This document shows, piece by piece, positions 57,515-64,000 of a stretch of 64,000 nucleotides of DNA. A model generated the notes under the pieces. The model saw only the letters and a program-made list of their open reading frames with translations, did not search any database and was not told where the DNA came from. Origin of the DNA: Planctomycetota bacterium (GTDB lineage: Bacteria; Planctomycetota; Planctomycetia; Pirellulales; Lacipirellulaceae); NCBI GenBank assembly GCA_039190745.1, contig JBCCXZ010000007.1:33706-97705 (forward strand), given 5' to 3'. Each line of letters starts with the position of its first letter. Position 1 is the first letter of the stretch. A program made the translations under genes and the position numbers.

Positions 57515-59214
57515 GCGGCCTTCTTCTGCTCGGCCGCCGACGCATCGTCGGCGGCGGTGGTCGTACCCTCGGTCACGCTGCCGCCGGTCAGCGAGAAGCC
57601 CGACTCGCCCAGCGGTTGGCCCAACCGGGCCGAGAGCAGCTGCATCACGGCCGACAAGCCCACCAAGGTTTCTTCGAAGTGCCGCGATTGCGTTACCGCC
57701 GCGAGGTTCGAGTTGAGCGACTCCTCAAGCTTCTGCACGTGGCTAGTCGCGTCGATCACCCGCAGCAGGATCTCACCCTGCTTCACGAGTTGCTCCTGCT
57801 GAGCCACCGTCGTGCCGGCCGACTCAACCAACGCCGTCTGCATGTCCCGCAGCAGCTGCTCGCTTTGCCGGATCAGCTTCTCCTGCCGACCCGCGGAAAC
57901 CAGCAGGGCTTCGCCCACGGCCGCCTCCACGTCGCTCAGATGGCGACGGTTCTCTTCGGCGATGCCTTCTTCGGCCGCGCTCAAACGCTCCGCGTGCTCA
58001 GCCAGCGACGACCGCAGCAGGTTTGTGTGTTCGTGTATCCCCGTCCGCACGGCCTCGCTGTGGCGGTCGGTGCTCGCGGTGACCGCATCGGCGTGCTTCT
58101 CAGCCCCCGCGTCGAGCGCGTCGCCGTGCTCGGCCACGCCCCGGGCGAGCGTGTCGGTGTGGTGCACCAAGCCTTCGTTCAGCAGCTCCGCGTGGCGGAT
58201 CATCGTCTGTTCCAGGTCGGTCGCAAACGCCGCGACGCTCTCGTTGAGCCCCTTCGCGTGCAACGCCAGCCCCTCGGCGATGCCGTCGGAGAGCTTCTCC
58301 GAGATCACCGACGTCGATCGGTCGACCACGTCCGACCACCGCCGGTTGGTGCTCTCCAGGGCGCCGCTCAGCAGCCGGCCCTGCTCTTCGCCGGTCTCTT
58401 TGACCGACGAGAGCACTTCCTCAGAAACCCGCCGGACCGCCGACACGTTGGGGTCGCTCGCCTCGCCGCGCTGCTGAAATCGCCCGATCATCTGGCTCTC
58501 GACGCTGGCGTCCACGCGGGTCAGCAGCCGCGACTCGGAGCGCTCGACGAAGAACTTCACGAACAGCAGCAGGATCGAGAGCGACAACGCGAGCGCTGTG
58601 GTATCGAACGCGACGCTCAGGCCGCCGACCACCGCGGGGAGCGACTCGTCGATCTTCGCCCCGTCGAGCTGAGCGATCGCCAGCGTGATGCCGATTACCG
58701 TGCCCAAGAAGCCCAGGATGGGGATCGTCGACGAGATCATCCGCACCGTGGCGTAGCCCTGGTGCATCTTCACCGCGTCGTTTTCTTGCAGGTGACGCAG
58801 GTGCGATTCGAGCGTGTCCGCCGAGCCCTTGCGTTTGACATAAAGCAACGCCTCGCGGAGCCGCGCCACCTGGTAGCTGTCCGAGAGGAACCCGGGGCCG
58901 TCGTCCAGGTCGAGGAGCAAAGAACCCGCCCGCCCGGCGGGCTCGCCTCCCTTGGGGACCCGCGGCAGCAGCGCCGTGTCGAGCGCGAGCGACTCCGTGG
59001 CGATCTCGATCAGCTTGATCCCCAGCGCAGCGACGCCCACGAAGAAGAGCGCGGTGGTGATGTACTCCACCGGGTGGCTCGCGAAGTAGCGCTCGACCTG
59101 CGAGCCCTCCGCCGCGCTCTGAACCACGAAGGCGTAAAAGGCCAGGCAGCTGAGCCCGCCCCAGACAAAGGGCTGCCGCAGCAGCCATTCGCACAGCTTG
59201 GTAATGCGAGACAC
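57511..59214 (-). CDS. MotA/TolQ/ExbB proton-channel family protein with ~340-aa C-terminal helical tail
   Basis: IPILGFLGTVIGITLAI and GLSVAFDTTALAL signature helices, then a long amphipathic helical tail ending KKAA. Confidence 0.88.
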   Translation of the reverse strand: MSRITKLCEWLLRQPFVWGGLSCLAFYAFVVQSAAEGSQVERYFASHPVEYITTALFFVGVAALGIKLIEIATESLALDTALLPRVPKGGEPAGRAGSLLLDLDDGPGFLSDSYQVARLREALLYVKRKGSADTLESHLRHLQENDAVKMHQGYATVRMISSTIPILGFLGTVIGITLAIAQLDGAKIDESLPAVVGGLSVAFDTTALALSLSILLLFVKFFVERSESRLLTRVDASVESQMIGRFQQRGEASDPNVSAVRRVSEEVLSSVKETGEEQGRLLSGALESTNRRWSDVVDRSTSVISEKLSDGIAEGLALHAKGLNESVAAFATDLEQTMIRHAELLNEGLVHHTDTLARGVAEHGDALDAGAEKHADAVTASTDRHSEAVRTGIHEHTNLLRSSLAEHAERLSAAEEGIAEENRRHLSDVEAAVGEALLVSAGRQEKLIRQSEQLLRDMQTALVESAGTTVAQQEQLVKQGEILLRVIDATSHVQKLEESLNSNLAAVTQSRHFEETLVGLSAVMQLLSARLGQPLGESGFSLTGGSVTEGTTTAADDASAAEQKKAA

Positions 59215-59564
59215 GGTCGATTCCTTTCGATGTCGGGCCGCCCGGTCGGGCCCACTTTACTCCTGAAGCGGAGCCCCGGCGCACTGCCTACACACACTCG
59301 CTCTCCCACAAAATCGGCGTAATCGGAACCGTTTATGAGCGGATTTACCGAAACAGAAAAACCGCTAGCACCGGCGTCCCCCGCAAAGCCGCCGCAATCG
59401 GCTCTACCTGCGGAATCACGCAACTTCGCCAAAGCCCGGAGGGCCATCGGTCGATAATCCCCCACAGGCCGGCCGCGACAACGACCGCAAGCAAGTCTCC
59501 TCAGCCAGCAGAGCCAAACGCCGCCCACAGAGCACGCCCAAAAGAATCACGCCAGGGGGGGACG

Positions 59565-59606
59565 GCAGCCCGGTTCGACTAGCTCGACCGGGCTGCTTTT
59601 CTTTTT
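59565..59606 (+). terminator. Rho-independent terminator-like hairpin (+ strand)
   Basis: GCAGCCCGGT...ACCGGGCTGC stem followed by TTTTCTTTTT. Confidence 0.65.
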
Positions 59607-59627
59607 GAGGTCTGCAGAATTCGGTGC

Positions 59628-59651
59628 CATGCCCACGCGCGCGTGGGCATG
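59628..59651. repeat. Perfect 24-bp palindrome (REP-like)
   Basis: CATGCCCACGCGCGCGTGGGCATG. Confidence 0.8.
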
Positions 59652-59680
59652 TGATTCATGCGTGACAGGCATACCCACTC

Positions 59681-59761
59681 GGGTGGCACTGGCGTCTCGC
59701 CAGTGCGGTCCCGGTGGAAAGCTCGCAGCGATACAGCACTGGCAAGATGCCAGTGCCACCC
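59681..59761. repeat. REP family B inverted doublet, copy 2
   Basis: GGGTGGCACTGGCGTCTCGCCAGTG ... CACTGGCAAGATGCCAGTGCCACCC. Confidence 0.85.
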
Positions 59762-59790
59762 CTCCGGCAATCCGCAATCCGAAAGCAAAC

Positions 59791-59989
59791 GGGTGGCACG
59801 GACTGTCGGCCGAAATCCGCCCGGCTAGCGTGAGAACTTCAACCGGCCGATTGTCCGTGTGCGCAGCACAAGAGGCGTTCAGGTCCGGTACCCAGCATCG
59901 ATTGCCTCCTGTTGCAAGCGACACCGACAATCGGCCGGTCTTCTCTCTCCCAAGGCAATGCTCTTTTCGGCCGACAGTCGGTGCCACCC
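59791..59989. repeat. ~200-bp nested inverted-repeat element (REP family C / MITE-like)
   Basis: Terminal arms GGGTGGCACGGACTGTCGGCCGAAA / TTTCGGCCGACAGTCGGTGCCACCC; inner arms ACCGGCCGATTGTCCGTGT / ACACCGACAATCGGCCGGT. Confidence 0.8.
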
Positions 59990-60088
59990 CAGTCACGGCA
60001 TGGATTGCCAGATAGCTCGGTACGCAAATCATGCCTCCCCATCTGCGTCCATCTGTGGCTAATTCCCGCAACCCGAAATCCGCAATGG

Positions 60089-60571
60089 CTACAGCACCAG
60101 CGTCCCGAACTGGTACGCAGAATCCGCCGCCTCGTCGCCGATCCCCCGGAAGCCCAGCGATCGGTAGAGCCCCATCGCCCGCGTGTTGTCTCGTCGCACT
60201 TCGAGCGTCACCCCGCAGCAGCCCTCACCCCGGGCGTAGTCAGCCACGTGCGACAGCAGCGCCCGGCCGACGCCCTTGCCCCTACTGCCCGCCGTGACTG
60301 CCAGGTCGTGTATGTTCACCAGCGGGGCGCCACGGAACGTGCTGTATCCCCAAAAACAGTTCGCTAGCCCCACCGGCTGCTCGCCGTCGTAGGCCAAGAA
60401 CGACAGCGCCGACGGCATCGCCGCCAAGTCGCCGACAACCCGGCCCTTCACGTCGTCGGCGAGCCCTTCGCCGCGGCCAAACGGGTCGGCGGCGTATTCG
60501 TCGAGCAGCGCAAGCACGGCCTCGGTGTGAACTGGATTGTTCAGGTCGGCTCGGACAATTTGGATCGGCAT
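60089..60571 (-). CDS. GNAT family N-acetyltransferase
   Basis: NIHDLAV...RGKGVGRALL, LEV..DN..A..LY..LGF. Confidence 0.92.
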   Translation of the reverse strand: MPIQIVRADLNNPVHTEAVLALLDEYAADPFGRGEGLADDVKGRVVGDLAAMPSALSFLAYDGEQPVGLANCFWGYSTFRGAPLVNIHDLAVTAGSRGKGVGRALLSHVADYARGEGCCGVTLEVRRDNTRAMGLYRSLGFRGIGDEAADSAYQFGTLVL

Positions 60572-60598
60572 GCGGGTCCTCGGGGGTTGGAAACCCTT

Positions 60599-60706
60599 TG
60601 TAGGAGGGCTCTCCGAGCCCGATTCCGGCTAGCCTTGTTGACCGAAATCGGCTTCGGAGAAGCCTCCCACAAGAAAATGCAATCGGGCTCGGAGAGCCCT
60701 CCTACA
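60599..60706. repeat. REP family A cluster (three units), copy 3
   Basis: TGTAGGAGGGCTCTCCGAGCCCGAT; ATCGGCTTCGGAGAAGCCTCCCACA; ATCGGGCTCGGAGAGCCCTCCTACA. Confidence 0.85.
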
Positions 60707-60722
60707 GAAGAAAAGACCGGGG

Positions 60723-60949
60723 CTACTTCGCATAAGTCGCAAAGCTCCGCGGCGTCTCCCACAAACGCACCTCCACAATCGGCACGCCCAGGTCTATCGA
60801 GGCGTCGTAGATCAGCTTCGCGAAGTTCTCCGCCGTCAGGGTCTAGTCGATCACACACAGCGGCTCGCCCATGGCCCGCAAGATGGGCTTTCCCGCAGGA
60901 TCAGCAACACCGGGTCGTCGCGGTTGAAAATCATTCGGTCGTCGAGCTT
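60723..60949 (-). pseudogene. queD: Remnant of a 6-carboxytetrahydropterin synthase (QueD/PTPS) gene, C-terminal half
   Basis: Manual translation: KLDDRMIFNRDDPVLLILR / frameshift / ILRAMGEPLCVID*TLTAENFAKLIYD...VEVRLWETPRSFATYAK*; matches PTPS LDH..., PTAEN.A and V.L.ET..S.A.Y motifs; in-frame TAG at 60843-60845. Confidence 0.75.
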
Positions 60950-61056
60950 CGCCTTCGAGTGTTTCTCGAAGGGCAGGGGGCGCCGGCGGCCCGACGCGGG
61001 GACTGAGTCTACCGCGGCACGGTCAGCCCGTCAGGCCGCGCCCAACCCGCGGCTTC

Positions 61057-61085
61057 TTGACGCTGCCAGCACCGGTCGCTAAACT
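61057..61085 (+). promoter_or_regulatory. Sigma-70-like promoter of accBC
   Basis: TTGACG-N17-TAAACT about 220 nt before accB. Confidence 0.55.
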
Positions 61086-61305
61086 TTGGCCCAAACTCAA
61101 GTTATCTCAAGAGTTGCGTTCATCGCACCCGCTCACCCCGGCGGCCCCATCGTGGATCGGTCGGGCAGATCGGTCGGGCATGCGTCGCCGGATTGCGTCT
61201 AAGCCCATACTCGGGCAATCGCGGGCAGTCCGCCGCAGGCTAGCGGCGTGGACGTACCCTAACTGATGAGCGGCCCCGACCGCGGCACTTAGAGAGCGCA
61301 AAAAT

Positions 61306-61800
61306 ATGACCAACGGCGGATCGGGCTCCGGCCCCGGCGACGTCTTCGATGTCCGCAAGGTACGTCGACTCGTCGAGTTGATGAACGACCACGACCTGGC
61401 CGAGATCGATCTCCGCCAGTCCGACCAACGCATCCGGCTCCGCCGCGGCGCCGACCCGGTCGTCACCGGCATGGCACCCATGCCCGCCGCGCCCGCCCCG
61501 GCGGCCGCCCCTGCTGCCGCGGCAGCCGCCACGCCGCCGCCGGCGACCGAGGCCCCCGAAGCCGAGGCCGCCTACATCACCAGCCCCATGGTCGGCACCT
61601 TCTACACCTCCTCAAGCCCCGAGAGCCCGTCGTTCGTAAACGCCGGCGACTCCGTCTCGGCAGACACCGTCGTCTGCATCATTGAGGCTATGAAGGTGTT
61701 TAACGAAATCACCGCCGACCAGTCCGGCAAGATCGCCGAGGTGCTCGTCAAGACCGGCGAGCCCGTCGAGTTCGGGCAGAAGCTCTTCCGCCTCGCTTAG
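61306..61800 (+). CDS. accB: Acetyl-CoA carboxylase biotin carboxyl carrier protein
   Basis: Ala/Pro linker, SPMVGTFY, EAMKVFN biotinylation motif. Confidence 0.97.
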   Translation: MTNGGSGSGPGDVFDVRKVRRLVELMNDHDLAEIDLRQSDQRIRLRRGADPVVTGMAPMPAAPAPAAAPAAAAAATPPPATEAPEAEAAYITSPMVGTFYTSSSPESPSFVNAGDSVSADTVVCIIEAMKVFNEITADQSGKIAEVLVKTGEPVEFGQKLFRLA

Positions 61801-61810
61801 ATCGCGCCTC

Positions 61811-61858
61811 GCCTCAACCGAGAGGCCTCAACGCAAAAGCCTCAACCCAACGGCCTGA
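61811..61858 (+). repeat. GCCTCAAC direct repeats with ~14-nt period in the accB-accC spacer
   Basis: gcctcaaccgagag gcctcaacgcaaaa gcctcaacccaacg gcctga. Confidence 0.65.
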
Positions 61859-61897
61859 GACGCCCCGCGAAGCGGCTCGGCCCCGGATAAAGAGACA

Positions 61898-63244
61898 ATG
61901 TACCAGCGAATCCTGATCGCCAACCGCGGCGAAATCGCCCTCCGCGTCATCCGCGCCTGCAAAGAGCTCGGCATCGAAACCGTCGCCATCTTTAGCGAGG
62001 CAGACCGCGGGGCCCACTACCTCAGCCTTGCCGACGAGGCCTACTGCGTCGGGCCCCCCCGCCCGGCAGACAGCTACCTCCGCATCGCCAACGTTATCAG
62101 CGCCGCTGAAGTTGGTAACGTCCAGGCCATCCACCCCGGCTACGGCTTCCTCTCCGAGAACGCCCACTTCATCGAAGTCTGCCGCAGCTGCAAGATCGAC
62201 TTCATCGGTCCGTCGCCCGAGGCCGTCGCCATGCTCGGCGACAAGAACGCCGCTCGCGAACTCGCCGTCAAAGCCGAGGTGCCCGTCGTCCCCGGCAGCG
62301 AGGGGCTCGTCGAATCGTCCGAAGAAGCCCTCCGCTTCGCCCACGAGGTGGGCTTCCCCGTCTTGATCAAAGCCGTCGCCGGCGGCGGCGGACGCGGCAT
62401 GCGCGTCGCCGCCAACGACCTCGTCCTGCAGTCTTCGTTCCAGCAGGCCCAGCAAGAAGCCGAGGCCGCCTTCGGCAACGGCGACGTCTACCTCGAGAAG
62501 TACGTCGAACGCCCCCGCCACGTCGAGGTCCAGGTGCTCGCCGACAGCCACGGCAACGTCGTCCACCTCTTCGAACGCGACTGCTCTGTCCAGCGCCGCC
62601 ACCAGAAGCTCATCGAGGAGAGCCCCTCGGTCAGCATCACCCAAGAAACCCGCGAGGCGATGTGCGAGGCCGCATGCCGGCTCATACGCAACGCCGACTA
62701 CGTCAACGCCGCGACCGTCGAGTTCATCGTCGACGCCGACCAGAACTTCTACTTCATCGAAGTGAACACCCGCGTGCAGGTCGAACACCCCGTCACCGAG
62801 ATGGTCACCGGCATCGACATTATCAAGCAGCAAATCCGCATCGCCGCCGGCGAGCCGCTGCCGTTCACCCAGGAAGACATCCGCCAGAACGGCTCCTCCA
62901 TCGAGTGCCGCATCAACGCCGAAGACCCGTCGCGCAACTTCCAACCCTCGCCCGGCAAGATCGACCGGCTCGTCTGCCCCGGCGGCTTCGGCGTCCGCTT
63001 CGACACCCACGCCCACAGCGGCTACGTGGTCCCGCCCTACTACGACTCGATGATCGGCAAGCTCATCGTCCACCGCCCCACCCGCGAGGAGGCCATCAAG
63101 TGCATGCTCCGGGCCCTGGCCGAGCTGCGCACCGACGGCATCAAGTCCACGCAGCCACTCCACCAGCGGGTCCTGCACGAGGCCGCCTTCTCCGAGGGGC
63201 AGGTCGACACCACCTACGTCGAGCGAGAGCTGCTCGCCGACTAG
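61898..63244 (+). CDS. accC: Acetyl-CoA carboxylase biotin carboxylase subunit
   Basis: [63 protein letters not shown]. Confidence 0.98.
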   Translation: MYQRILIANRGEIALRVIRACKELGIETVAIFSEADRGAHYLSLADEAYCVGPPRPADSYLRIANVISAAEVGNVQAIHPGYGFLSENAHFIEVCRSCKIDFIGPSPEAVAMLGDKNAARELAVKAEVPVVPGSEGLVESSEEALRFAHEVGFPVLIKAVAGGGGRGMRVAANDLVLQSSFQQAQQEAEAAFGNGDVYLEKYVERPRHVEVQVLADSHGNVVHLFERDCSVQRRHQKLIEESPSVSITQETREAMCEAACRLIRNADYVNAATVEFIVDADQNFYFIEVNTRVQVEHPVTEMVTGIDIIKQQIRIAAGEPLPFTQEDIRQNGSSIECRINAEDPSRNFQPSPGKIDRLVCPGGFGVRFDTHAHSGYVVPPYYDSMIGKLIVHRPTREEAIKCMLRALAELRTDGIKSTQPLHQRVLHEAAFSEGQVDTTYVERELLAD

Positions 63245-63475
63245 CCCGCCCATCCGCCGGCACGCCCGCAGCCTCGCAGAAACTGCCGCAACCAGCCGCT
63301 ATCGCTCCAGACGCATCCGCCTAAAATAGTCGGCGTCGCGAGGCGGAAAACCCCGGCTCCGGACGCACCCCAAGCACAACCAGCCCCAAGCACAACAAAC
63401 AGCCAGCCCGGGCCCCGGCTTGACCGGCGACCGGAACCCACCCAACCAGCGCCCACCCTCAGGGGGACCCCCGCC

Positions 63476-64000
63476 ATGGCCGAATCGACCCTCTCCCGAC
63501 CGCCCCGCCTAGAGCACAACTTCCACCGCGTGGCGATCCTCTTCGCCGGCGGACCCGCCCCGGCGGCCAACGCCGTCATCTCCGCCGCCGCCACCTCCTT
63601 CCTCCGCAACGAGATCGAGGTCGTCGGCGTCAAGAACGGCTACTCCCGCCTGATGGAGTACTCCGACGACAACCCCCTCGTCGAGGGCGACCACTACGTC
63701 CTCATGAACCACAAGATGCTCGGCCGCACCCGCAACTCGCAGGGCATCATGATCGGCACCGCCCGCGCCAACCCCGGCAAGCAGGTCTCCAGCCCCGACC
63801 ACCTGCAAGACCCCGAGCGCTCTGCCCCGCTCCAAACCGTCTACGAGGCCCTCCGCTCCATCGGCGTCGACGCGCTGATCTCCATCGGCGGCGACGACAC
63901 CCTCAAAACCGCCAATAAGTTCAAGCTCTTCCAGGAAAGCCTCCCCGCAAACGCTCCCCGCATCCCGGTCGTCCACCTCCCCAAGACCATCGACAACGAC
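63476..64000 (+). CDS. pfp: Pyrophosphate-dependent 6-phosphofructokinase, 3' truncated by the window end (absent from the ORF track)
   Basis: Manual translation: MAESTLS...AILFAGGPAPAANAVI...GTARANP...IGGDDTLK...HLPKTIDND; GGDD plus PKTIDND indicate PPi specificity. Confidence 0.88.
   Translation, partial: MAESTLSRPPRLEHNFHRVAILFAGGPAPAANAVISAAATSFLRNEIEVVGVKNGYSRLMEYSDDNPLVEGDHYVLMNHKMLGRTRNSQGIMIGTARANPGKQVSSPDHLQDPERSAPLQTVYEALRSIGVDALISIGGDDTLKTANKFKLFQESLPANAPRIPVVHLPKTIDND

Noticed and set aside
54721..59214. Calling the operon Zorya (zorAB) or a standard ExbBD/TolQR/MotAB
   Set aside because: No OmpA-like PG-binding motif recognised in the partners, no zorC/D/E, tonB, tolAB or flagellar genes adjacent, and there are two large dissimilar partners; only the family-level call is supported
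59547..60071. ORFs of 136-174 aa across the repeat-rich spacer
   Set aside because: They translate palindromic repeats and have no coding-like composition
59560..60710. CRISPR array
   Set aside because: Repeats are inverted pairs of several families without regular repeat-spacer periodicity; no cas genes in the window

Overview
High-GC bacterial chromosomal window. Gene content (CsrA paralogues, TPR Ser/Thr kinase, Rrf2 type, PPi-PFK type, intergenic heptamer repeats) suggests a planctomycete, probably Pirellulales; this is an inference. About 1-26 kb holds a 5'-truncated subtilase with 46-aa repeats followed by a divergent Wzx/Wzy-type polysaccharide locus (FnlABC, PglF-like dehydratase, aminotransferase, ATP-grasp, GT4-phosphoglycosyltransferase fusion, wza, wzc, ligase-TPR). 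About 26-64 kb is mostly core genes (arfB, two csrA, thpR, recA, thiC, dapB, thrC, lspA, accBC, PPi-PFK) with several REP-like repeat families and a queD pseudogene missed by the ORF track. The best candidate for an undescribed system is a coupled three-gene operon at 54721-59214. It encodes a MotA/TolQ/ExbB-type ion channel subunit with a ~340-aa tail containing an 11-residue-periodic histidine ladder, plus two different ExbD/TolR-like coiled-coil partners, one with and one without the channel Asp. Also notable: 9 of the 16 polysaccharide-locus proteins end in Ala-Ala, resembling a ClpX degron. No rRNA, tRNA, CRISPR array or transposase was recognised. All calls come from reading motifs by eye; no database searches were run.
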